Shown here: piece after piece, positions 4,442 to 11,881 of the stretch
Numbering within the stretch: position 1 is the first letter of the stretch
How the letters are laid out: the number at the start of each line of letters is the position of its first letter
Assembly (NCBI GenBank): GCA_040004015.1
Contig: JAMPKS010000051.1
Span: 1 to 32,000, forward strand
Source of the DNA: Microcoleus vaginatus GB1-A2
GTDB taxonomy: Bacteria; Cyanobacteriota; Cyanobacteriia; Cyanobacteriales; Microcoleaceae
DNA: 32,000 nt
Reading direction: 5' to 3'
Program-made: the position numbers and the translations under genes
Notes under the pieces: model-generated
Told to the model about the DNA's origin: nothing
The model's input: only the letters and a program-made list of their open reading frames with translations
Databases searched by the model: none

Positions 4442-6874
4442 ATGCAGCAGTTGCACGGATTGTTGCAGGATGGAAGCCGCGTTGCCATTGCCGCTGCGTC
4501 GGGAATGGGCGGCATCGGCAAGACAGAATTGGTATGGCAGTATGCAACTTTTCACCGCGAACACAACACCTATCCAGCAGGGATTTGGTGGCTGTTTGTG
4601 CGGGACAACGATTTAGCGCCGCAGGTGTTGCAGAAAGCGCTGCGAATGGGAATTCAGCCGCCGGATACTCTCGACAATCTGGAGGAACGGTTGCAGTTTT
4701 GCTACGAAGAGTGGGCAAAACAAACCTCTGGCAATGCTCTGCTGGTATTGGATGATGTCAACGATTACCGCGCGGTGCAGCGGTTGCTGCCGAGAAATCC
4801 CCGCTTTAAGGTGTTGCTGACTGCGCGACAGCGACTGGAAGAAAAAACCGTGCAGCGATTGGATTTAAAGAAGCTCAGACCCTTGGATGCTTTCAAGTTA
4901 CTGTATGAAGTTAGTCAGGCAGAGACTCGCATTGTTCAGGAACAGATTGTTGCTGAACAATTGTGTGCTTGGTTGGAGTATTTGCCCTTGGGGATTGAAC
5001 TGGTGGCAACCTTTCTCAAGGTAGAGCCAGATGTGTCGGTAGCAGAGTTATTGGCACAGTTGCAGCAAAAGCTGTTGCAGGATGAGGTGCTGACTCCTGT
5101 AGCGGCGGCTTTTGAGTTAAGTTGGGTGCAGTTAAATGCTGCCGAACAGCAGTTGGCGGTATTGCTGAGTGTGTTTGCTTTGGCTCCCATGCCTTGGCAG
5201 TTGGTGGAGTCAGTGGTCGTAGTTTGTAGAGTAGAAGCCCCAAAGCAAAACTGGCTGAAGAAATTGTTTGTGGTGTGGGGAAAGGTGCAAGCACCTCAGC
5301 AGTGGTGTTTGCTACTGGACGATCGGGTTTTGAGCCAGAGTCGGCGGCGTTTGGTGGAGTTGAGTTTGCTGGGGCGCGTGGAGCAAAAGCAGTATCAACT
5401 TCATGCTTTGATTCGGGAGTTTTTTGCAGCCAAATTGCAGGGATACGCCGATGCTGAGAATTTGCGGAGAAGTTTTGCGGTGGTGCTGACAGCGGTGGCA
5501 AAGACGATTCCGCAGACTGTGACGCTGGAGGTGCAGCAACGGGTGAAGGAGGCGCTGCCCCATTTGGAGGTGGTGGCGGAACAATGGTCGCATTTGCTGG
5601 AAGATAGCACTGATGCTATGGGGTCTTTCACAGTCTTAGCGCGGGTTGCCCAGGGGCAGAGTTTGTGGGCAGAGGCGGAGAAATGGTATCAAGCTTGCCT
5701 GCAGATGACGGAGGAACGCTACGGAGCCGATCGTCCCGATACGGCAACGAGTTTGAACAATCTGGCAGAGCTATACCGTGCAATGGGACGCTACCCGGAA
5801 GCAGAACCCTTGTATGTGCGATCACTTTCTATCCGTGAGCAACAGCTCGGAGCCGATCGTCCCGATACGGCAATGAGTTTGAACAATCTGGCATTACTGT
5901 ACGGTGAAATGGGACGCTATCCGGAGGCAGAACCATTGTTAGTGCGATCGCTCTCGATCTCGGAGCAGCAGCTCGGAGCCGATCATCCCCATACGGCATT
6001 GGGTTTGAACAATCTGGCAGAGCTATACCGTGCAATGGGTCGCTACCCGGAGGCGGAGCCCTTGCTCGTGCGATCGCTCTCGATCCGTGAGCAACAACTC
6101 GGAGCCGATCATCCCAATACGGCAACGAGTTTGAACAATCTGGCAAATCTATACAATGCAATGGGACGCTACGCGGAGGCAGAACCCTTTTATGTGCGAT
6201 CGCTCTCTATCAACGAGCTGCTATTCGGAGCCGACGATCCTCATACGGCAACGAGTTTGAATAATCTGGCATTACTGTACGGTGAAATGGGAAGCTACCC
6301 GGAAGCGGAACCCTTATATGTGCGATCGCTCTCGATCAGGGAGCAACAGCTCGGAGCCGACCATCCCGATACGGCAGGCAGTTTGAACAATCTGGCAGAG
6401 CTATACCGTGCAATGGGACGTTACCAGGAGGCGGAACCCTTGTTAGTGCGATCGCTCTCTATCATGGAGCAGCAGCTCGGAGCCGACCATCCCCATACGG
6501 CAACGAGTTTGAACAGTCTGGCAGGGCTGTACTATGCAATGGGACCTTACCCGGAAGCCGAACCCTTGTTAGTGCGATCGCTTGCTATTAGGGAGCAGCA
6601 GCTCGGAGCCGACCATCCCGATACGGCAATAAGTTTAAACAATCTGGCAGAGCTATACTATGCAAGGGGTCGCTACCCGGAAGCGGAACCGCTTTACGTG
6701 AGAGCATTAAAAATCTTGTTTAACCGATTGGGAGAGAATCATCCCAACACCCAAAAAGTTTGGAGCAATTTCATTGATTGTCTCCAGCAGGCGATATCAA
6801 CGGGTCAAGACTCGCAGCTTTCCCAGCATCCAGCAACGCAAGCACTGCTTCAGCAACTTCGGGAGACGGAGTAG
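4442..6874 (+). CDS. NB-ARC (AP-ATPase) STAND NTPase with C-terminal TPR array
   Basis: Walker A GMGGIGKTE, Walker B LLVLDDVND, LLTAR (RNBS-B-like), YLPLGIEL (GLPL-like), then 8 full 42-aa TPR_10/12-type repeats. The reading frame is open from 4316 and encodes ...SELGSKNFVGRDEE upstream of ATG 4442 with no ATG/GTG/TTG, so the real N-terminus lies upstream. Confidence 0.9.
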   Translation: MQQLHGLLQDGSRVAIAAASGMGGIGKTELVWQYATFHREHNTYPAGIWWLFVRDNDLAPQVLQKALRMGIQPPDTLDNLEERLQFCYEEWAKQTSGNALLVLDDVNDYRAVQRLLPRNPRFKVLLTARQRLEEKTVQRLDLKKLRPLDAFKLLYEVSQAETRIVQEQIVAEQLCAWLEYLPLGIELVATFLKVEPDVSVAELLAQLQQKLLQDEVLTPVAAAFELSWVQLNAAEQQLAVLLSVFALAPMPWQLVESVVVVCRVEAPKQNWLKKLFVVWGKVQAPQQWCLLLDDRVLSQSRRRLVELSLLGRVEQKQYQLHALIREFFAAKLQGYADAENLRRSFAVVLTAVAKTIPQTVTLEVQQRVKEALPHLEVVAEQWSHLLEDSTDAMGSFTVLARVAQGQSLWAEAEKWYQACLQMTEERYGADRPDTATSLNNLAELYRAMGRYPEAEPLYVRSLSIREQQLGADRPDTAMSLNNLALLYGEMGRYPEAEPLLVRSLSISEQQLGADHPHTALGLNNLAELYRAMGRYPEAEPLLVRSLSIREQQLGADHPNTATSLNNLANLYNAMGRYAEAEPFYVRSLSINELLFGADDPHTATSLNNLALLYGEMGSYPEAEPLYVRSLSIREQQLGADHPDTAGSLNNLAELYRAMGRYQEAEPLLVRSLSIMEQQLGADHPHTATSLNSLAGLYYAMGPYPEAEPLLVRSLAIREQQLGADHPDTAISLNNLAELYYARGRYPEAEPLYVRALKILFNRLGENHPNTQKVWSNFIDCLQQAISTGQDSQLSQHPATQALLQQLRETE
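5741..6748 (+). repeat. Eight tandem 126-bp units encoding the TPR array
   Basis: Units start at 5741, 5867, 5993, 6119, 6245, 6371, 6497 and 6623. Long stretches are identical at DNA level, e.g. ggcagagctataccgtgcaatggg recurs. Confidence 0.9.
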
Positions 6875-6911
6875 CTGTTGCTGCTAGAGCGATTGTTGCC
6901 AATTTCCTACA

Positions 6912-7015
6912 AAACTTACGCATGGGGTCCAGAAACCGGGTTTTTTCGAGAATACTTCGTTACAGCCCGCAGATAATGCAAAAAACCCGGTTTCTCTGAC
7001 GAAGCGCATAAGTCC
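6912..7015. mobile_element. MITE-like element, copy B (same orientation as copy A)
   Basis: It reads cttacgcatggggtccagaaaccgggtttttt ... aaaaaacccggtttctctgacgaagcgcataagtcc and shares the core acttcgttacagcccgc with copy A. Confidence 0.6.
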
Positions 7016-7058
7016 AGATCGCATTAAAAAGAGATAAGTTGCGATTTTTCGTTTGGTG

Positions 7059-7115
7059 GGGGCGGGTTTTTGAGATTGTCTATCTGTGTCATAAAGGGTT
7101 GGAAAAACCCGCCCC
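7059..7115. repeat. Long-loop inverted repeat ggggcgggttttt / aaaaacccgcccc
   Basis: Perfect 13-bp arms (7059-7071 and 7103-7115) with a 31-nt loop lie between the convergent STAND gene and ubiD. It could be a terminator or a small palindromic element. Confidence 0.35.
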
Positions 7116-7165
7116 TAGAGGTCGATCGAGGATGTGCGATATGTCAGATTTTAGGGTTGATTCCC

Positions 7166-8674
7166 CTACTTCATCTCATATCCAAACAAATTCGGATCGA
7201 CTTCTCCCAAATTCAAATCAGCCAAACCATACTCAGCCCAACGCCTTTCTACCATCGCCGCCACATCCGGATCGGACTCCAAAACTTCCCCCCATTCATG
7301 ATCGGTTTCCGGCGGCATCTTCGTAGTAGCATCAATCCCCATTCTGCCTCCCAAACCAATCTTTTCACTGGCAAAATCTAACGTATCAAAAGGCGTATTC
7401 GGCAGAATAAAAACATCCCGAACCGGATCGACTTTAGAACTAATTGCCCAAACTACTTGACGCGGGTCGCGAATGTTGATACTTTTATCCACAACAATCA
7501 CAAACTTAGTGTAAGTAAACTGCGGTAATGCACTCCAAAATGCTAAAGCAGCCCTGCGCGCTTGACCGGGATATGCTTTATCAATCGAGATAATTGCGGC
7601 CTTATAACTCAGGGCTTCCATCGGTAAGAAGAAATCGACAATTTCCGATACTTGCTGCCGCAAAATAGGCGTATAAATACGGTTAAGCGCGATCGCCATC
7701 ATTGCTTCTTCTTTCGGCGGCCGCCCGCTAAATGTCGTCAGATAAATCGGGTCTTTGCGGTGCGTCATGCAGTGGAATCGCACCAACGGCGAATCTTCCA
7801 CGCCGCCGTAATAACCCATGTGATCCCCGAAGGGCCCGTCGGGCAGAACTTCCCCCGGCGTAATCGTTCCTTCTAACACAATTTCCGAGTCCGCCGGTAC
7901 TTCCAAATCTACGGTTTTGCACTTGGCCAATTGCACGCCGGAACCGCCGTAAAGTCCGGCAAATAACCATTCCGATAAATCTACAGGAATTGGGGTTGCT
8001 GCGGCGAGAATAATCAGGGGATCGACTCCAAGGGCGATCGCAACTTCCAACTTTTTACCAGCCTGCGCCGCTTTCCGCAAGTGCCGCGCGCCGCCCCGCA
8101 CCGATAACCAGTGTACAGTCATCGTGTTTTTTGACTGCAACTGCAACCGATAAACCCCCACATTCGGCGTGCCCGTTTCGCAATCTTTGGTAATTACCAA
8201 ACCCAGGGTGATAATTTTGCCGGCATCTCCCGAATAAGGGCGAATCATCGGGATTTTGTTCAAATCCACCCCTTCTCCCTCAAATACCACTTGCTGACAA
8301 GCTGGGAAAAAGTCGCGGCCCGGTTTAGCCTTCACTACGTCAAACAGCACTTTGCCGAATTCTATCGCTTGGGAAATCTTTTTCGGCGGTTTTGGCTGTT
8401 GCAGCATTCCCAGTTTTTTGCCGAGCTCTTCTAGTTCGATCGGCTTTTCCATGTTCATCGCCCAGCAAACCCGCTGTTCCGTACCCAAGAGGTTAATGGC
8501 GACGGGGAAATCTGCCCCTTTGACGTTTTCAAACAGCAGTCCAGGGCCGCCTTTTTGCAGCATTTGGTTGGAAATTTCGGCAATTTCGAGGTCGGAATCG
8601 ACTAAGGCGCTAATCCGGCGCAGTTGTCCCCGTTCTTCAAGTAGTTTTAGGAATCCCCGCAAGTCTCTAGCCAT
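7166..8674 (-). CDS. ubiD: UbiD-family (4-hydroxy-3-polyprenylbenzoate) decarboxylase
   Basis: 502 aa. It resembles UbiD across its full length (MARDLRGFLKLLEERGQL..., GPFGDHMGYY, RVVWAISSKVDP). Confidence 0.9.
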   Translation of the reverse strand: MARDLRGFLKLLEERGQLRRISALVDSDLEIAEISNQMLQKGGPGLLFENVKGADFPVAINLLGTEQRVCWAMNMEKPIELEELGKKLGMLQQPKPPKKISQAIEFGKVLFDVVKAKPGRDFFPACQQVVFEGEGVDLNKIPMIRPYSGDAGKIITLGLVITKDCETGTPNVGVYRLQLQSKNTMTVHWLSVRGGARHLRKAAQAGKKLEVAIALGVDPLIILAAATPIPVDLSEWLFAGLYGGSGVQLAKCKTVDLEVPADSEIVLEGTITPGEVLPDGPFGDHMGYYGGVEDSPLVRFHCMTHRKDPIYLTTFSGRPPKEEAMMAIALNRIYTPILRQQVSEIVDFFLPMEALSYKAAIISIDKAYPGQARRAALAFWSALPQFTYTKFVIVVDKSINIRDPRQVVWAISSKVDPVRDVFILPNTPFDTLDFASEKIGLGGRMGIDATTKMPPETDHEWGEVLESDPDVAAMVERRWAEYGLADLNLGEVDPNLFGYEMK

Positions 8675-8857
8675 TTTTTTTAAGAATTGTTAACGTTCTT
8701 TTGTTATTATGAGCCGATCGACTGCCACAATTTACTCCTGAACCGCTCAAAAGATACGTATTTAACGAACCGCGAAGACGCCAAGGGCGCGAAGGAAGAG
8801 AAAGAAGAAGATAGGTAATGCCTTGTTCGGTTCGGGAGTAGGTTGCATAATGGGTTA

Positions 8858-10294
8858 ATGAAATGTCCTCGATGCGAATCTGACCAAGTTCGTAAAAACG
8901 GCCGTCCCAAGGGGCACCAGCGGTATCTTTGCAAAGCTTGCCGCAAACATTTTTTTGAGCAGTTGAGTCCGCAGTCTTTCACTCGCAAATGCACTGAAAC
9001 ACGGTTAAGCGAAGCTATCCCGAAGGAAATCGCCCCTGCAACCACCACAGAGTCCGGCGGGATTGCGATTTTGCTGTTAGATGCCGAAAATCTGAAACTT
9101 AAGGTTAATACAGAACAATTCTTAGCCAGTTTGTGCGACTATCCCCTGCAAGTTAAAATTGCTTTTGCTAACTGGAAAAACCCGAGTATGGGCAAGTTGG
9201 ATGCTGAACTTTACGATCGCGGTTATGAACTGATTCACGTTCCGGGCGGTGCTAATAGTGCTGATGGTAAAATGATTGCTTTTGGCGCTGCTATTTTATA
9301 TAGATATCGGGATGTGCGACAAGTTTTTGTCTGTTCTTCCGATGGTTTGTTAAATCATCTTTGCAATCAGTTGCAAAATCAGGGATTGACTGTGTTTCGG
9401 GTGCGTCGGCAAAATTCGGTTTTGTCTGTTGAAAATCCTCGGACTGGTGATAGTCATCACTATTCCTGTGAGAGGGAAATAGAAATCCCTAGTTTTGAGG
9501 AATTGGCTAATCAAGTTGCAGAGTTGTTGAAGGCTGAACACAAATCTATTGATGAGCGAATAGCTCGTTTTTCTACTGTGGCTGAGCTTTTTCAAGAGCG
9601 CCGAACTGTTGCTTTCAATTCTACAACTTCCCCTGCAGCAGCACTGTCGCAGTCAGCACAAAACGAAGTTACCCCGGTGTCTGAAGCATCTTTGGCGACC
9701 GTTGCTTTTAATCAAAATGTTGCGGAGAAAAACTTGCCAGAAATAATACCTGGTCTCAATTCAAATGCTATTGAGTCGCTGGATGTTTTAAAAAATATAC
9801 TTGTAGAAATAATTGAAGCTGCCAAAAAGGAATTAAAAGAGGATGCTATTCCTCTGCTAAAAATTAAGAAAGTTTTTTGGGCTAAGTATCAATCTCATGC
9901 TGATTTAGTTGTGAAAAAGTTTTTGGGTGAAAAATCCAGTTTAATCAAATATTTGCAGTCGGAATCTGGGGTTTTTGAAGTAAAATTAATCGACCAGAAA
10001 CATCAAGTGGCGCTCGTCACCAAAAAATCTTCCACTTCAAAAACTCATTCCTCTGCTGCCCTGGAAGCATCTGTAGTCAAAATTGTCAAAGGATTAACTG
10101 CTCAATCTCCCGGGAGCTATATTCCGATTAGCCAGGTTGCCAGCGAATTTAATAAGTTATACAATCAACCAATTACTAAAAAACTGCAATCGATGAATTT
10201 GGGCAACAAGCTGATTAAATTTTTGCAGTCATGCAAAACATTTAAAATTAAGAAAAACGGTAAAATTTATGAAGTGGCGATCGCACTTCCCTAG
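8858..10294 (+). CDS. Zn-ribbon / NYN (LabA-like) domain / OST-HTH(LOTUS)-like protein
   Basis: MKCPRCESDQVRKNG...YLCKACRKHF gives a CxxC...CxxC zinc ribbon. The NYN core is IAILLLDAENL...FANW...GYELIHVP.GANSADGKM...VCSSD. C-terminal LOTUS-like modules are present (ISQVASEFNKLYNQPITKKLQSMNLGNKLIKFLQS). ATG 8858 is preferred over the TTG at 8843. Confidence 0.8.
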   Translation: MKCPRCESDQVRKNGRPKGHQRYLCKACRKHFFEQLSPQSFTRKCTETRLSEAIPKEIAPATTTESGGIAILLLDAENLKLKVNTEQFLASLCDYPLQVKIAFANWKNPSMGKLDAELYDRGYELIHVPGGANSADGKMIAFGAAILYRYRDVRQVFVCSSDGLLNHLCNQLQNQGLTVFRVRRQNSVLSVENPRTGDSHHYSCEREIEIPSFEELANQVAELLKAEHKSIDERIARFSTVAELFQERRTVAFNSTTSPAAALSQSAQNEVTPVSEASLATVAFNQNVAEKNLPEIIPGLNSNAIESLDVLKNILVEIIEAAKKELKEDAIPLLKIKKVFWAKYQSHADLVVKKFLGEKSSLIKYLQSESGVFEVKLIDQKHQVALVTKKSSTSKTHSSAALEASVVKIVKGLTAQSPGSYIPISQVASEFNKLYNQPITKKLQSMNLGNKLIKFLQSCKTFKIKKNGKIYEVAIALP

Positions 10295-10460
10295 CTTTTT
10301 TATAAATACGGCCCTACCTGCGCTGTAAATCGCCCGCGAAGCCGTGCGGAATTAGCCGAGTACGATCGGACAAATCATTTTTTACGGCTTTGGGCAATTT
10401 CGAGCGTCAATCATACGCGCAATAACTTCAATAGAACTTGCAGCAGCTAACCGTCAAAAA

Positions 10461-10501
10461 CTTAATCTAATCTTAACCATAATTTAAAACAACCTTAGAG
10501 T
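10461..10501 (+). promoter_or_regulatory. Pho box cluster 1 (SphR/PhoB-type)
   Basis: CTTAATCT-aat-CTTAACCA-taa-TTTAAAAC-aac-CTTAGAGT: 8-bp direct repeats on an 11-bp period. The first two match PyTTAAPyPy(T/A) perfectly. Confidence 0.6.
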
Positions 10502-10530
10502 TTTGGCGCCCATTACTTAATGTTTAAAAA

Positions 10531-10571
10531 CTTAATCAACCGTTAACCATAATTTAAAACAAACTTATTGT
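10531..10571 (+). promoter_or_regulatory. Pho box cluster 2 (SphR/PhoB-type)
   Basis: CTTAATCA-acc-GTTAACCA-taa-TTTAAAAC-aaa-CTTATTGT. It lies 70 bp downstream of cluster 1 and 80 bp upstream of the pstS ATG. Confidence 0.6.
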
Positions 10572-10650
10572 TTCCTATGCTTTTACTTGGGGATTTCAGT
10601 CTATCCTATGTAGGGGATTCCCCAAAGTCTGCTATTTAAGGAGGAGGAAT

Positions 10651-11679
10651 ATGATTTTTTTCACAGCACGTTGGCGACGTGCCTTTATACTTACGTTAGC
10701 AGCAGCAGCATTTTCACTCTCGTTGATTAGTTCTGCTGTAGCAGCCGTCACTCTAAACGGTTCGGGAGCAACTTTCCCTAAACCTCTTTACGATCGCTAC
10801 TTCTCTCAGATGAGAAGTGCAAATCAAATTACTGTAAACTACGAAGGAACTGGTAGCGGTGCTGGCATCAAAGCATTAATTGCAGGCACTGTTGATTTCG
10901 CAGGCAGCGACGCGCTGATGACTGCTGCACAAATCGCTGAGGTAAAGCGCGGCGTCATGGCGGTTCCGACTGCTGGCGGCGCTGTTGCAGTTGTCTACAA
11001 CTTGCCCGGAGTAACCAATCTGAGGCTAAATAACGATGCTATGAAAGGCATCTTTGAAGGCAAGATTACTCGCTGGAATGATGCGAAAATAGCCGGAATT
11101 TCTGGACAAGCTAAAAACTTGCCAAATACTGCCATTCGAGTAGCTGTACGCGCAGATAGCAGCGGTACAACTTTTATTTTTGCTAACCACTTGCAGGCGA
11201 CCGGTAGCAGCATCAAAGCTGCCTCTCAGCCGAGTTGGCCAGGAAGCCCTGTCAGCGGTCAAGGAAACCCCGGCGTAGCTGCTTTGGTGAAGAATACAGC
11301 GGGTGCGATCGGCTACGTTCAAGATACTTTTGCTCGGCAAAACAATCTCCAAACAGCATTTATTCAAAATAAAGCTGGCCGGTTTGTAGATCCTAGCTTG
11401 GCTGAAGCAGAGAAAGCTTTAGCAGGGGAAACATTCCCCGCAGACTTCCGCTTAGTAGAAGGCAATCCTAACGACGGTTATCCGATTGTTGGTTTGACTT
11501 GGCTGTTAATCTACAAACAGTATCCTGCTGCGAAAGCAGAGGCTATTAAAAAGATGGTTAATTGGGTGATGACTACAGGTCAAGGTATCAACAAACAGCT
11601 AGAGTTTACTCAGATTCCTTCAGCTACAGCTCAAAAGGTGGTTCAAACAGTTAATCAGAGCGTGGTGGCTAGAGGTTAA
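10651..11679 (+). CDS. pstS: Phosphate ABC transporter substrate-binding protein
   Basis: It has a signal-peptide-like N-terminus, LNGSGATFP..Y and GTGSGAGI motifs, and AAGGAGGAGG directly upstream. Confidence 0.92.
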   Translation: MIFFTARWRRAFILTLAAAAFSLSLISSAVAAVTLNGSGATFPKPLYDRYFSQMRSANQITVNYEGTGSGAGIKALIAGTVDFAGSDALMTAAQIAEVKRGVMAVPTAGGAVAVVYNLPGVTNLRLNNDAMKGIFEGKITRWNDAKIAGISGQAKNLPNTAIRVAVRADSSGTTFIFANHLQATGSSIKAASQPSWPGSPVSGQGNPGVAALVKNTAGAIGYVQDTFARQNNLQTAFIQNKAGRFVDPSLAEAEKALAGETFPADFRLVEGNPNDGYPIVGLTWLLIYKQYPAAKAEAIKKMVNWVMTTGQGINKQLEFTQIPSATAQKVVQTVNQSVVARG

Positions 11680-11881
11680 TTCCGGCGATCGCACGGGGTT
11701 AGGAGTTGACGGGTTAAATGTATGGCTCAAAACTCATGAATAATCAGGTTAATGTGCGCTAGATTTACTGGGTAAGGTGCGCAGCGCGTACCTTACAAAC
11801 CAGTTTCGCAGCGCCCACCCAGCCCATTATAAGTCCTCGTCCTTTAAGCAAATATTTCACTTTTTACGCACTAATGTCGGT

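Noticed and set aside
4368-6161. Numerous antisense or out-of-frame ORFs inside the NB-ARC/TPR gene (e.g. 4368..4718-, 5016..5501-, 5829..6161-)
   Set aside because: They overlap a strongly supported CDS. The repetitive composition keeps alternative frames open, and their translations are low-complexity.
2953-6874. The HTH genes as antitoxins of a toxin-antitoxin pair, or the locus as a prophage remnant
   Set aside because: There is no adjacent small toxin-like ORF, ImmA/IrrE-type peptidase, integrase, or phage structural or replication gene in the neighbourhood.
7039-7381. Plus-strand ORFs 7039..7326 and 7070..7381
   Set aside because: They overlap the 3' end of ubiD in antisense and cover the gggcgggttttt inverted repeat. 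Nothing supports them as coding.
8858-8960. IS1/InsA-like zinc ribbon as evidence for a transposase or IS element
   Set aside because: Only the CxxC...CxxC ribbon is present. The rest of the protein is NYN plus LOTUS-like. There is no DDE domain and there are no terminal inverted repeats.
8707-9048. Minus-strand 113-aa ORF
   Set aside because: It runs antisense to the zinc-ribbon N-terminus of the NYN gene and across the divergent promoter region. It has no motifs.
11777-11881. N-terminal extension of pstC from the track start
   Set aside because: It has an alternative start codon and covers a hairpin repeat (gtaaggtgcgc-agc-gcgtaccttac, 11772-11796). PstC-like sequence begins after ATG 11882.
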